This document shows positions 54,827-63,953 of a stretch of 64,000 nucleotides of DNA, piece after piece (the first letter of the stretch is position 1; each line of letters begins with the position of its first letter). A program made the translations under genes and the position numbers. The notes under the pieces were generated by a model. It did no database searches, was not told where the DNA came from, and saw only the letters and a list, made by a program, of their open reading frames with translations. The stretch spans positions 20,245-84,244 of the forward strand of contig CP066698.1 in assembly GCA_016432645.1 (NCBI GenBank), written 5' to 3'. Source of the stretch: Candidatus Falkowbacteria bacterium. GTDB taxonomy: Bacteria; Patescibacteriota; Patescibacteriia; Patescibacteriales; UBA12465.

Positions 54827-56710
54827 ATGAATGCTAACGAACTACGCCAAAAATATTTAGATTTTTTTAAAGCTCAGGGGCATGCGGTTATTCCCAGCGC
54901 CTCTTTAATACCGGAAAATGATTCTACTTTGTTATTTACAAATTCCGGTATGTTTCCGCTCGTGCCTTATCTTTTAAGCGGCAGTCATCCGGCCGGAGTC
55001 AGATTGGTTGATAGCCAAAAATCTTTTCGGACTGAAGATATTGATGAGGTCGGTGATAGCCGCCATAATACTTTTTTTGAAATGCTCGGCAACTGGTCGC
55101 TCGGTGATTATTTTAAAGAGGAGCAGCTGTCCTGGTGGTTTGAATTTTTATTTGTTGAGTTAAAAATTGATCCGAGCAGGATTTACCAGACTGTTTATGC
55201 CGGTAGCGAAGACGGCAAAATTTCTAAGGATAATGAAGCGGTGGCTATTTTACAAAAAATATTCGCCAAATATGGAATTAACGCATCCGAAGGACCAATG
55301 ACAGTCGGTAAAGGCGCTCTCGGTTCCGGCCAGCAACTTGATTTTTCCAGCCAGCGTATTTTTGCCTATCGTGACAAAAATTGGTGGCAGCGCGGCGATG
55401 CGGTTGGCGAACTTGGGGGTCCGGATAGTGAAACTTTCTATGATACCGGCAAAGAGCATAATAAAGCTTTCGGTGAATTCTGCCATCCTAATTGCGATTG
55501 CGGACGTTTCTTGGAAATTGGAAATTCGGTTTTTATGCAATATCAGAAATTTGCTGACGGCTGGAAAGAGCTGGCTAATAAAAACGTGGATTTCGGCGGC
55601 GGCTTAGAGCGCATTTTAATGGTTTTGAATAATCAAGATAGTATTTTTAAAACGGACTTATTTACCAGAGCGATTGTTAGAATTGAAGAGTTGTCCGGGA
55701 AAAAATATGAAGATAATAAGCGCGCTTTTGAGGTCGTCGCCGACCATCTCAAAGCAGCGACTTTTATTGTCGGCGATGACCGCGGCGTGCCGCCATCCAA
55801 TACCGACCAGGGCTACATTGTTAGACGTCTTTTGCGCCGGGCTATCCGCTACGGCCGCCAGTTAGGAATCGTCCAAGAAAAATGGTTGAAAGAAATCGCC
55901 AGTGTTTTTGTGGAAGACTATCAATCGGCTTATCCGGAATTAACCAAAAATCATGATTTTATTTTTGAAGAATTTGATAAGGAGGAAGAAAAATTTAATC
56001 GCACTCTAGAAAAGGGTATTATAGAATTTAACAAATTGGCCAGTGCTGATATTAATGGCCAGGACGCCTTTAGACTTTATCAGAGCTATGGTTTTCCTCT
56101 GGAAATTACCGAGGAGCTAGCCGCCGAAAAGGGAATTAAAGTTGACCAGGAGGGTTTTGCCGCTGAACTGGCTAAGCATCAAGAGCTTTCCCGAACGGCT
56201 TCAGCCGGAAAATTTAAGGGCGGGTTAGCCGATTCTAGCGAGGAAACAACCAAACTTCATACCGCGGCTCATTTATTACTGGCCGCTTTGCGGCAAGTTT
56301 TAGGCGAGCATGTTACTCAGAAAGGCAGCAATATTACGGCCGAGAGACTGCGTTTTGATTTTTCGCATAATGAAAAAATGACCCCTGAGCAAATTGCCAA
56401 GGCTGAAGAGCTGGTTAATGGGGCAATCGCTGCTAAATTACCGGTAACTTGCGAGGAACTATCACTGGGGGAAGCTAAAGAACGGGGAGCTATGGGTGTC
56501 TTTGATTCTAAATATGGCGAACGGGTTAAGGTCTATACTGCCAGCCAGCTTTTATCAGATGGGACGCCAGATTTTAAAAGCGCTTTTTCTCAAGAAATTT
56601 GTGGTGGCCCGCATGTAAATAATACTGGAATATTAGGTAAATTTAAGATTCAGAAGGAGGAGTCCTCAAGCGCCGGCGTCAGACGCATTAAAGCCGTCCT
56701 AGAAGCCTAA
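54827..56710 (+). CDS. alaS: Alanyl-tRNA synthetase, short form (catalytic + editing domains, no C-Ala domain)
   Basis: The N-terminus LDFFKAQGHAVIPSASLIPENDSTLLFTNSGM...HNTFFEMLGNWSLGDYFK aligns with AlaRS. Editing-domain motifs are HTAAHLLLAAL and CGGPHV. It ends at 627 aa. Confidence 0.85.
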   Translation: MNANELRQKYLDFFKAQGHAVIPSASLIPENDSTLLFTNSGMFPLVPYLLSGSHPAGVRLVDSQKSFRTEDIDEVGDSRHNTFFEMLGNWSLGDYFKEEQLSWWFEFLFVELKIDPSRIYQTVYAGSEDGKISKDNEAVAILQKIFAKYGINASEGPMTVGKGALGSGQQLDFSSQRIFAYRDKNWWQRGDAVGELGGPDSETFYDTGKEHNKAFGEFCHPNCDCGRFLEIGNSVFMQYQKFADGWKELANKNVDFGGGLERILMVLNNQDSIFKTDLFTRAIVRIEELSGKKYEDNKRAFEVVADHLKAATFIVGDDRGVPPSNTDQGYIVRRLLRRAIRYGRQLGIVQEKWLKEIASVFVEDYQSAYPELTKNHDFIFEEFDKEEEKFNRTLEKGIIEFNKLASADINGQDAFRLYQSYGFPLEITEELAAEKGIKVDQEGFAAELAKHQELSRTASAGKFKGGLADSSEETTKLHTAAHLLLAALRQVLGEHVTQKGSNITAERLRFDFSHNEKMTPEQIAKAEELVNGAIAAKLPVTCEELSLGEAKERGAMGVFDSKYGERVKVYTASQLLSDGTPDFKSAFSQEICGGPHVNNTGILGKFKIQKEESSSAGVRRIKAVLEA

Positions 56711-56720
56711 GGGATAACTA

Positions 56721-56749
56721 TTGACAACTTTCAAACTTATCTCTATAAT
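56721..56749 (+). promoter_or_regulatory. Consensus sigma70 promoter for the infA-rpmJ-rpsM-rpsK-rpsD-rpoA-rplQ-rplM-rpsI operon
   Basis: TTGACA (56721-56726), a 17-nt spacer, then TATAAT (56744-56749). Both hexamers are perfect consensus. Confidence 0.7.
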
Positions 56750-56842
56750 AATTTTATTAAGAATATTATATTAAATAAGCAAAAATATTTTTAAAAAAAC
56801 TTTGATAAGGCTAACTTGTCTTTATCAAATTTTTTTGTGTTA

Positions 56843-57100
56843 ATGTCAAAAGACATGGGAAACAACAACGAAATATCCAGTGATTTGAAAGCCAAAGATT
56901 TTATCGAAATGCAGGGCGAGGTATTAGAACTAATGCCAGCCGCGAGTTTTCGCGTGGCCCTAGAAAACGGCCACGAAATCTTAGCTCACCTTTCCGGCAA
57001 AATGAGAATGAACCGTATCCGCTTGCTTCCGGGAGATAAAGTAAAGCTTCAAATCAGCCCTTACGATTTAAGCAAGGGGCGGATTACCTATCGCATGTAA
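56843..57100 (+). CDS. infA: Translation initiation factor IF-1
   Basis: [69 protein letters not shown] aligns with E. coli IF1. There is an ~12-aa N-terminal extension. ATG 56843 was chosen, but ATG 56855 is also possible. Confidence 0.85.
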   Translation: MSKDMGNNNEISSDLKAKDFIEMQGEVLELMPAASFRVALENGHEILAHLSGKMRMNRIRLLPGDKVKLQISPYDLSKGRITYRM

Positions 57101-57176
57101 TTATAAAAAATATAGAATTGTTTTATATATTAAACCTCGCAGTTTAATTAAGAAAGACAAGTAAAACGTACCACAT

Positions 57177-57290
57177 ATGAAAGTGAGAGCCAGCGCTAAG
57201 AAAATTTGTAAAGACTGCAAAGTAGTGCGACGCAAAGGTCGGGTCCACGTAATTTGCAAAAACCCTAAACATAAACAAAGACAAGGGTAA
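57177..57290 (+). CDS. rpmJ: 50S ribosomal protein L36
   Basis: 37-codon [40 protein letters not shown]. It is too short for the ORF track. Classic L36 C-x2-C...C-x4-H zinc ribbon, located between infA and rpsM. Confidence 0.85.
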   Translation: MKVRASAKKICKDCKVVRRKGRVHVICKNPKHKQRQG

Positions 57291-57302
57291 TTTTTAATAT
57301 CT

Positions 57303-57698
57303 ATGGCAGTAAGAATAGCGGGAGTTAATATCCCTAACGAAAAAAGAATCGAAATCGCTTTAACTTATATCTATGGCATTGGACGCACTCGTTCCAATAA
57401 GATTTTGGAAACCGCCAAAGTCGATAAAGATATTCGGGTTAAAGATTTAAAAGAATCAGATGTTAATCTTTTACGAGAATTGGTAGAAAAGAAATTTACA
57501 GTTGAAGGCGATTTGCGCCGCGAGGTTCAAAGCAATATCAAGCGGTTGAAAGAAATCGGTTGTTATCGCGGTTTGCGGCACGCCAAACATTTACCGGTTA
57601 GAGGTCAGAGAACTAAAACTAATAGTCGTACTGTTCGTGGCAATAAGCGTATGACCGCGGTGAGCGGCAAGAGCAAAGCCGGATTACAGAAGACCTAA
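57303..57698 (+). CDS. rpsM: 30S ribosomal protein S13
   Basis: [31 protein letters not shown]...[25 protein letters not shown]. Confidence 0.9.
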   Translation: MAVRIAGVNIPNEKRIEIALTYIYGIGRTRSNKILETAKVDKDIRVKDLKESDVNLLRELVEKKFTVEGDLRREVQSNIKRLKEIGCYRGLRHAKHLPVRGQRTKTNSRTVRGNKRMTAVSGKSKAGLQKT

Positions 57699-57721
57699 TT
57701 AAAATTCTAAGAGTTTAAAAT

Positions 57722-58303
57722 ATGTCTGAAGAAGTAAAAAAAGACGCAGAAAAATTAGAAGAGACTTCGCTTCCGGTTGCTGATAAAGCGCTTAACAGCG
57801 AAGAAAAAGAAGAACGCGATGAAATGGCGGCCTTTTCTTTTGATTCCTCTGATGAAGAACTGCCTGAAGAAATCAAGCAGAAACTTGAAAAAAACAAGGC
57901 TGCTCGCGCCAAGAAAAAATTAGTTAAAAAGAAAAAGAAAAAAACAGCTAGAGTAGTTAAAGTTGGACGCGCTTATATTCAAGCGACCTACAACAATACC
58001 ATGATAACCTTAACTGATAATAATGGTGATGCTATTGCTTGGGCCTCAGCTGGTTTAGCCGGATTTAAGGGAGCCAAAAAAGCGACTCCTTACGCCGCTC
58101 AAATTATTACTAAAATTGCCGCGCAGAAAGCTAAGGAGGAATACGGCTTGCAAGAAGTAAGCGTCTTTGTTTCCGGTGTTGGCACCGGCCGCGAAGCTGC
58201 TATCCGCGCTTTAAATGCTAATGGTTTGGACGTCTCGTCAATCAAGGACACCACCCCGGTTCCTCATAATGGTTGCCGTCCGAAGAAACCGAGAAGAGTT
58301 TAA
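57722..58303 (+). CDS. rpsK: 30S ribosomal protein S11 with ~70-aa N-terminal extension
   Basis: The C-terminal 125 aa are canonical S11 ([43 protein letters not shown]...[15 protein letters not shown]). The N-terminal 70 aa are acidic then Lys-rich (…[20 protein letters not shown]…[12 protein letters not shown]). Confidence 0.8.
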   Translation: MSEEVKKDAEKLEETSLPVADKALNSEEKEERDEMAAFSFDSSDEELPEEIKQKLEKNKAARAKKKLVKKKKKKTARVVKVGRAYIQATYNNTMITLTDNNGDAIAWASAGLAGFKGAKKATPYAAQIITKIAAQKAKEEYGLQEVSVFVSGVGTGREAAIRALNANGLDVSSIKDTTPVPHNGCRPKKPRRV

Positions 58304-58318
58304 ACTAATCACAAAAAT

Positions 58319-58948
58319 ATGGGAAGAAATATTGATAATAAATGCAAACAATGCCGCCGCGTCGGTGAAAAACTTTTCCTCAAAGGGGAAAGATGTTTTT
58401 CGCCAAAATGCGCGATGGTTAAGCGTAACTACGCTCCTGGCTTCCATGGCCCTAAAGGACGCAAACGTTTAAGCGACTTCGGAACTCAGTTGACTGAGAA
58501 GCAAAAAGCTAAGAAATATTACGGCGTTTCCGAAAAACAATTCCGTTTGACTTTTGAAAAGGCGGCTAAGAAACAAGGTGATGCCGGTAAAAATTTCTTG
58601 AAATTATTGGAATCTCGTTTGGATAACGTTATTTTCAAGGCCGGTTTTGCCAGTTCTCGCGCGCAAGCCCGCCAATTAGTAAATCACGGTCATTTTACCG
58701 TTAACGATCGCAAGACCGATGTCCCATCTTTCAGTGTTAAGCTTGGGCAAGTTATTAAGATTAAAAAATCTAGCCAAAAGAGTCCATATTTTAGAAATGC
58801 CAACGAGAAAATTGCTAAAGCCGAAAGACCGAGCTGGATTAATTTCAACAATACAGAGATGGCCGCGAAGATTTTACATGAACCTAAGGATGAGGATCTT
58901 CCACAAAGCATCAATGTTCATATGATCATTGAATATTATTCAAAATAA
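58319..58948 (+). CDS. rpsD: 30S ribosomal protein S4
   Basis: N-terminal zinc finger CKQCRRVGEKLFLKGERCFSPKC, then an S4 RNA-binding domain. Confidence 0.9.
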   Translation: MGRNIDNKCKQCRRVGEKLFLKGERCFSPKCAMVKRNYAPGFHGPKGRKRLSDFGTQLTEKQKAKKYYGVSEKQFRLTFEKAAKKQGDAGKNFLKLLESRLDNVIFKAGFASSRAQARQLVNHGHFTVNDRKTDVPSFSVKLGQVIKIKKSSQKSPYFRNANEKIAKAERPSWINFNNTEMAAKILHEPKDEDLPQSINVHMIIEYYSK

Positions 58949-58957
58949 AAAAATAAT

Positions 58958-59803
58958 ATGCAAAACATCGCTAATCCTAAGAAAATTGATTTTAAAGCCG
59001 TTGGTAATGCCAACGAAGGAATCATTACTATCGAGCCTTTATTTCCTGGCTATGGTATGACCTTGGGAAACTCTTTACGCCGCGTGCTCTTGTCTTCTTT
59101 GCCGGGGGCTGCTGTTATTGGAGTTAAAATTAAAGGCGCTAGCCATGAATTTATGGCTCTGCCTCATGTCAAGGAAGATGTTTTAGAAATGATTTTGAAC
59201 TTGAAGCAATTAAGACTTAAAGTTTTTACTGAAGAAGAAATTCGCTTGGAATTAAAAGTTAAAGGCAAAAAAGTGGTTACTGCTGGTGACATCGCTAAAA
59301 ATAGCGATGTAGAAATTAAAAATCCGGAGTTGGTAATCGCTAATATCACCGATGAGGCCGGCAGCCTGGAAGCGGAAATTTTAGTTAAAGGTGGACGCGG
59401 TTATAAGATGTCTGAAGGTAATAAAAAAGAGAATAAAGAAATTGGTTTCATTGAAGTCGATTCTATCTTCTCCCCAGTAACATTAGTTAGCATCCAAGTT
59501 GACAATGCTCGTGTCGGTAAAATGACCAACTGGGATAAATTAGTTTTAGATGTTAAGACCGATGGTACTATCAGCCCGGAAGACGCTTTTAATGAAGCGG
59601 TTAAGATATTAGTTGAACAATATAAAGCTTTATTGCCGGAAAACATCGGCAAAGAAATGGCGGCAGAAGCCGAAGCTGATCCAGCCGAAGTTGAAGAGAT
59701 TTCTGAGGCTGAAGAAGACGTTGTTGAAGAAGATGAAGAAGAGGAAGCCCCAGCAGCCGCTAAAAAAGAAAAAAAAGAAAAAGTTAAAAAACCAAAGAAA
59801 TAA
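58958..59803 (+). CDS. rpoA: DNA-directed RNA polymerase alpha subunit lacking a canonical C-terminal domain
   Basis: The alpha-NTD aligns (TIEPLFPGYGMTLGNSLRRVLLSSLPGAAV...). After ~235 aa the protein ends in an acidic/Lys tail (AEAEADPAEVEEISEAEEDVVEEDEEEEAPAAAKKEKKEKVKKPKK) instead of the HhH alpha-CTD. Confidence 0.8.
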   Translation: MQNIANPKKIDFKAVGNANEGIITIEPLFPGYGMTLGNSLRRVLLSSLPGAAVIGVKIKGASHEFMALPHVKEDVLEMILNLKQLRLKVFTEEEIRLELKVKGKKVVTAGDIAKNSDVEIKNPELVIANITDEAGSLEAEILVKGGRGYKMSEGNKKENKEIGFIEVDSIFSPVTLVSIQVDNARVGKMTNWDKLVLDVKTDGTISPEDAFNEAVKILVEQYKALLPENIGKEMAAEAEADPAEVEEISEAEEDVVEEDEEEEAPAAAKKEKKEKVKKPKK

Positions 59804-59815
59804 TCAATCCTGTTT

Positions 59816-60166
59816 ATGCGTCACAGAAATAAAAACAAAATTTTAGACCGTGAAAAAGGTCCACGCGAACTGATGCTTCGGAATTTAGCATCCAGCATTC
59901 TTTTATATGAAAAAGTGAAAACAACCAAAGCTAAGGCCCAGGCTGTTAGACCTTTAGTTGAGAGAATGATTACGGCTTCTAAAGCTGGAGATTTGGCGGC
60001 TCGCCGCGGTTTAATCAAAGTTCTCTTACAGAAGAACGCTATTAAAAAAACCATGGAAGTTTTGGGTGTCCGCTATAAAGAACGCGCTGGAGGTTACACC
60101 AGAATCGTTAAGCTGGGAGTCAGACAGGGCGATGGTGCGGAAATGGTTCAAATTGAATTAGTATAA
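59816..60166 (+). CDS. rplQ: 50S ribosomal protein L17
   Basis: MRHRNKNKILDREKGPRELMLRNLASSILLYEKVKTTKAKAQAVRPLVERMIT. Confidence 0.9.
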   Translation: MRHRNKNKILDREKGPRELMLRNLASSILLYEKVKTTKAKAQAVRPLVERMITASKAGDLAARRGLIKVLLQKNAIKKTMEVLGVRYKERAGGYTRIVKLGVRQGDGAEMVQIELV

Positions 60167-60170
60167 AAAT

Positions 60171-60527
60171 ATGAAAAATATTGAAAGAAAATTGCATCAG
60201 CTGGACGCCACTGATCAAACTGTCGGCCGTTTAGCCACTAAGATTGCCAATCTGCTTCATGGAAAAAATAAACCGGAATACCAAGCCCATATTGATATGG
60301 GCGATATTGTGGAAGTCAAAAATATCAGCAAGTTGAAATTTACCGGCAAGAAACTGGACCAAAAAGAATATCATCATTTTTCCGGCTATATCGGCGGCTT
60401 AAAATCTAAAAAAATGTCCACGGTTTACGCGCTTAATCCGGGAGAAGTTTTACAAAGAGCAGTTAAAGAAATGTTGCCGCCAACTAAATTGCGCGTTAAT
60501 ATGCTCAAAAGATTAATCATAAAATAA
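60171..60527 (+). CDS. rplM: 50S ribosomal protein L13 (short)
   Basis: LDATDQTVGRLATKIANLLHGKNKPEYQAHIDMGDIVEV...YHHFSGYIGGLK aligns with L13. 118 aa. Confidence 0.8.
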   Translation: MKNIERKLHQLDATDQTVGRLATKIANLLHGKNKPEYQAHIDMGDIVEVKNISKLKFTGKKLDQKEYHHFSGYIGGLKSKKMSTVYALNPGEVLQRAVKEMLPPTKLRVNMLKRLIIK

Positions 60528-60528
60528 T

Positions 60529-61029
60529 ATGGCAGATAAAAAAACCAAAGACATCATGGAAGATGAATTTGAAGCCGCAATTGACGACACTACTTTTGAT
60601 GATAAGGAATGGGCCAAGAATGAAAGTGTAGTTGAATTTTCCGGTAAATATATAAAAGCTGTCGGCCGCCGCAAACAGGCTTCCGCTCAGGTTCGCTTAT
60701 ACGAAGGCGGCAAGGGCGTGATTATGGTCAACGGCAAACGCGCCGCGGAATATTTCCAAGGTGAAGGATTTAATAACATTGTTCAACCCCTGAAAGTAAC
60801 CGGACATAATCGTGATTTTAATTTTTCTGTAATTGTTAAGGGTGGCGGCAAGTTCGGCCAAGTTGATGCTGTTAAATTAGGTATCGCCCGTGCTATTTTT
60901 ACGCTTGACCCGAATACTAAAGAAGCTTTAAAAGTTAATGGCTTTTTAACCCGCGATCCAAGACAAGTTGAAAGAAAGAAACCGGGTTTAAGAAAGGCGA
61001 GAAAAGCCCCACAATGGAGTAAGCGTTAA
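60529..61029 (+). CDS. rpsI: 30S ribosomal protein S9 with ~35-aa acidic N-terminal extension
   Basis: The C-terminal part GRRKQASAQVRLYEGGKGVIMVNGK...GFLTRDPRQVERKKPGLRKARKAPQWSKR is canonical S9. Confidence 0.85.
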   Translation: MADKKTKDIMEDEFEAAIDDTTFDDKEWAKNESVVEFSGKYIKAVGRRKQASAQVRLYEGGKGVIMVNGKRAAEYFQGEGFNNIVQPLKVTGHNRDFNFSVIVKGGGKFGQVDAVKLGIARAIFTLDPNTKEALKVNGFLTRDPRQVERKKPGLRKARKAPQWSKR

Positions 61030-61050
61030 TTTCTGTATCTATATATATCA

Positions 61051-61083
61051 AAAAGTCGTTCTTTCCGGACGGCTTTTTGCTTT
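61051..61083 (+). terminator. Probable rho-independent terminator after rpsI
   Basis: AAAAGTCG pairs with CGGCTTTT (one G-U), loop containing TCCGGA, followed by TTTTTGCTTT. The stem is weakish. Confidence 0.4.
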
Positions 61084-61110
61084 ATAATATGTGTTTGTTA
61101 TAATCAAGAT

Positions 61111-62205
61111 ATGGAAGCAATCCTCGAAAAATTAAAAGAACTGCAAACCAGATTATTAAAAATCAAGGCGCTTTTGAATATTGAAAGTAAAATTGGTCGT
61201 GAGCAGGAGTTGCGCGCACAGATGTCGGCGCCTGATTTTTGGAGTAATCAAGAGGCGGCTGTTAAGGTTGGCCAAGAAGCGGAGGAGTTAGCGACGGAAA
61301 TTAAGCAGTGGGCCGCGATTGAACAAGAAATTAAAGAAACCCAAGAAATGGCTGCTTTAGCTAAACTCGAAGCGACAGATGATTTGACTCAGGAGCTGGA
61401 AAAGAAAACTAACTTTTTGGAGAAGGATTTTTCCCAATTAGAGTTCTTTTCGCTATTTTCGGGATTACATGATAGAGCTAATGCTTTTGTCTCCATTCAC
61501 GCCGGTACGGGCGGCGTGGACGCTCAGGATTGGGCTCAGATGCTAGAACGCATGTATTTACGCTTTGCCGAGCGTAAAGATTTTAAGGTAGAAATTTTGG
61601 ACAGAAATTATGGTAATGAGGCGGGAATTAAAAGTGTTGATTTGCGGATTAGTGGCGCCTATGTCTATGGCTACTTGAAAAGCGAGAATGGCGTTCATCG
61701 TTTGCTGCGTAATTCGCCATTTAATGCTGACGGTTTGCGTCAGACCTCCTTTGCCTTAGTGGAAGTTATTCCAGAAATTGCCGATGAAGGCGCGGTCGTT
61801 ATTAAGGATGAGGATATTAGAATTGACGTCTTTCGTTCCAGCGGTCCGGGAGGCCAAAGTGTGAACACAACTGATTCGGCGGTGCGCATTGTTCATATTC
61901 CGAGCGGCATTACCGTCTCCTGTCAAACTGAGCGCTCACAACATCAAAATAAGGAAAATGCTTTTAAAATTTTACGGGCTAAATTAAATCAGCGGCTTTT
62001 AGAAGAACGGGAAGCCGAAGAAAAGAAGTTAAAAGGTGGCGTCCAGAAAGCGGAATGGGGCAAACAAATCCGGTCTTATTTTATGTATGGCAACAAGTTG
62101 GTTAAAGATCACCGCAGTGAATACGAAACCTCTAACGTGGATGCAGTTTTAGACGGTGATTTAGAACCGTTTATGGAAGCCTATTTAAGATTTTTAAAGA
62201 AATAG
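61111..62205 (+). CDS. prfB: Peptide chain release factor 2, encoded in a single uninterrupted frame
   Basis: SPF tripeptide (LLRNSPFNADGLRQTSF), GGQ motif (SSGPGGQSVNTTDSAVRIVHIPSGI). Full-length alignment to E. coli RF2 with no internal frameshift site. Confidence 0.85.
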   Translation: MEAILEKLKELQTRLLKIKALLNIESKIGREQELRAQMSAPDFWSNQEAAVKVGQEAEELATEIKQWAAIEQEIKETQEMAALAKLEATDDLTQELEKKTNFLEKDFSQLEFFSLFSGLHDRANAFVSIHAGTGGVDAQDWAQMLERMYLRFAERKDFKVEILDRNYGNEAGIKSVDLRISGAYVYGYLKSENGVHRLLRNSPFNADGLRQTSFALVEVIPEIADEGAVVIKDEDIRIDVFRSSGPGGQSVNTTDSAVRIVHIPSGITVSCQTERSQHQNKENAFKILRAKLNQRLLEEREAEEKKLKGGVQKAEWGKQIRSYFMYGNKLVKDHRSEYETSNVDAVLDGDLEPFMEAYLRFLKK

Positions 62206-62233
62206 TTTATCCTCATTTCATTACCAGTTAGTT

Positions 62234-62266
62234 AAAATACTCTCATCATGAGAGTATTTTTTTATG
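62234..62266 (+). terminator. Rho-independent terminator after prfB
   Basis: TACTCTC pairs with GAGAGTA (loop ATCAT), followed by TTTTTTTTAT. Abuts the comEC start. Confidence 0.6.
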
Positions 62267-63526
62267 CTAACGCCATCTAAAATATTTTTTATTATCAATT
62301 TAGGTTTTATTCTGTTTATTGGCCTGCGCAGTTTCAATAACTGCGCTTTTTTGCCGGTTTTTAAAAATACCGACGTCGCTTTTTATAATGACCGGAACTT
62401 AGATTTTAAAGGCTGGGTTTGTGAAGAAGCGGATGTCGATTATAAAAGTCGGCGGCTGACCGTCTGTGCCGGCAGTCGGGTTTTAATAACAACCAATCTT
62501 TATCCAGAATATGAGTATGGCGATTTTTTACAAATCAGCGGTTTAGTTCAGAAGCCAGAAGAATTTAAGGGTTTTGATTATGAACGCTATTTGGCGCGTT
62601 ATGATATTTATTCAGTGATGTATTATCCGAAAATTACTCGGGTTAACGGCGAACTAAATTTTGGACAGAAAATTTATGAGCAGCTTCTAAAAATTAAACA
62701 GGGAATTAAATTAGTGATTGATAAATCTTTGCCGGAGCCGGAAGCAGGCTTGGCAGATGCTCTTCTGCTTGGTTATCGCCGCACTATCTTAAAGGAGAAT
62801 TCAGATATTTTTGCGCGCGTAGGCCTAAGTCATTTGATTGCCATTTCCGGCTCCCATATTACAATTATGAGCGCCATGGTTTTAAATGCCGCTTTGTTTG
62901 TTGGTCTGCGTCGCCGGGCCGCTTTAAAAATTGTTTTTGCGTTTTTAGTTATTTATCCACTGGTGACTGGGTTGAGCGCTTCCGCTGTCCGCTCGGCGAT
63001 TATGGGCGGCCTAGTATTTCTAGCTTTATATTATGGACGTTTATCATCAATTATTCGCGCCTTAGTTTTTTCCGCGGCGCTCATGTTAATGTTTAATACG
63101 CGGTTGTTGCGGAGCGATATTGGTTTTCAACTTTCGTTTGCGGCGGTTTTAGGTATTATTTATATTTATCCTTTGTTTTCGCCACTCACTCAGAAAATAA
63201 AAAAGAAATTTTCTGGGCTGCTTGGAAAAATAACGTCGTCCTTATGGGAAATATTTAGTTTGACGCTCGCTTGTCAGTTAGCGGTCTTGCCGATTATGAT
63301 TCATAATTTTAAACAATTTTCCATAATTTCTTTTGTGGCTAATCCGGCGGTTATTTGGATATTTCCATTTTTGCTCGCCGCTTTAATTATTCCAATTATC
63401 CCGGCATTAATATTTCCCAGTCTAGGCCCTTGGTTGTTTGCGCCCGCTTATTTGATGTTGAAGTTTATTTTTGTGGCGTCTCATTTTTTTGCGGCACCGA
63501 GTTGGGCGGCGATAAGTTTTAATTAA
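62264..63526 (+). CDS. comEC: ComEC/Rec2-family DNA uptake channel protein (competence domain only, no metallo-beta-lactamase domain)
   Basis: 420 aa, polytopic. Has the PF03772 core LSHLIAISGSHITIMSAMVLNAALFVGLRRRAALKIVFAFLVIYPLVTGLSASAVRSAIMGG and ends before any beta-lactamase domain. Confidence 0.75.
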   Translation: MLTPSKIFFIINLGFILFIGLRSFNNCAFLPVFKNTDVAFYNDRNLDFKGWVCEEADVDYKSRRLTVCAGSRVLITTNLYPEYEYGDFLQISGLVQKPEEFKGFDYERYLARYDIYSVMYYPKITRVNGELNFGQKIYEQLLKIKQGIKLVIDKSLPEPEAGLADALLLGYRRTILKENSDIFARVGLSHLIAISGSHITIMSAMVLNAALFVGLRRRAALKIVFAFLVIYPLVTGLSASAVRSAIMGGLVFLALYYGRLSSIIRALVFSAALMLMFNTRLLRSDIGFQLSFAAVLGIIYIYPLFSPLTQKIKKKFSGLLGKITSSLWEIFSLTLACQLAVLPIMIHNFKQFSIISFVANPAVIWIFPFLLAALIIPIIPALIFPSLGPWLFAPAYLMLKFIFVASHFFAAPSWAAISFN

Positions 63527-63533
63527 ATTAAAA

Positions 63534-63566
63534 CAAAAATCCCGCAGTTAGCGGGATTTTTATATT
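63534..63566. terminator. Bidirectional rho-independent terminator (comEC / rpmB)
   Basis: AAAATCCCGC - AGTTA - GCGGGATTTT is a perfect 10-bp stem with A/T tracts on both sides. Confidence 0.7.
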
Positions 63567-63585
63567 TTGGAAACTAGAGGTAAAA

Positions 63586-63873
63586 TTATTTTTTAGCTGC
63601 TGTCTTTTTAACTTTGGCAACCTTCACAATTTTCTTACCGGTCTTGCGAGCGGTTCCGGCTTCACCAACTTTAAGAGCTGGTTTTCTTTTAGCCTTAACT
63701 CTCACCGGTTTAGCTAAGGTTCTCATACAAGAAGTGCAGACCTTAACTTTGACACCTTCAATAACCTTGCTTTGCAAGTTGATATTTTGTCTTTTTAGGG
63801 TTTGAATCTTGGAGTGGGAACGGCTGGCGCCTTTAGTTGCGCCCCGTCCGCATAAATCACATTTTTTGGCCAT
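63586..63873 (-). CDS. rpmB: 50S ribosomal protein L28 with Lys/Ala-rich C-terminal extension
   Basis: MAKKCDLCGRGATKGASRSHSKIQTLKRQNINLQSKVIEGVKVKVCTSCMRTL matches L28. It is followed by a ~40-aa histone-H1-like KAKRKPALKVGEAGTARKTGKKIVKVAKVKKTAAKK tail. Confidence 0.8.
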   Translation of the reverse strand: MAKKCDLCGRGATKGASRSHSKIQTLKRQNINLQSKVIEGVKVKVCTSCMRTLAKPVRVKAKRKPALKVGEAGTARKTGKKIVKVAKVKKTAAKK

Positions 63874-63953
63874 ATTGGTTTATTTGCTTATTTTAATGGT
63901 TTTATTCTAACAGCATTTTTAAAATTAATCAAGTTATGTTATAATTGGCCTAT

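Noticed and set aside
61111-61200. Looked for the RF2 programmed +1 frameshift site
   Set aside because: The ORF is continuous from MEAILEKL... and aligns with RF2 without a shift, so no frameshift element is present.
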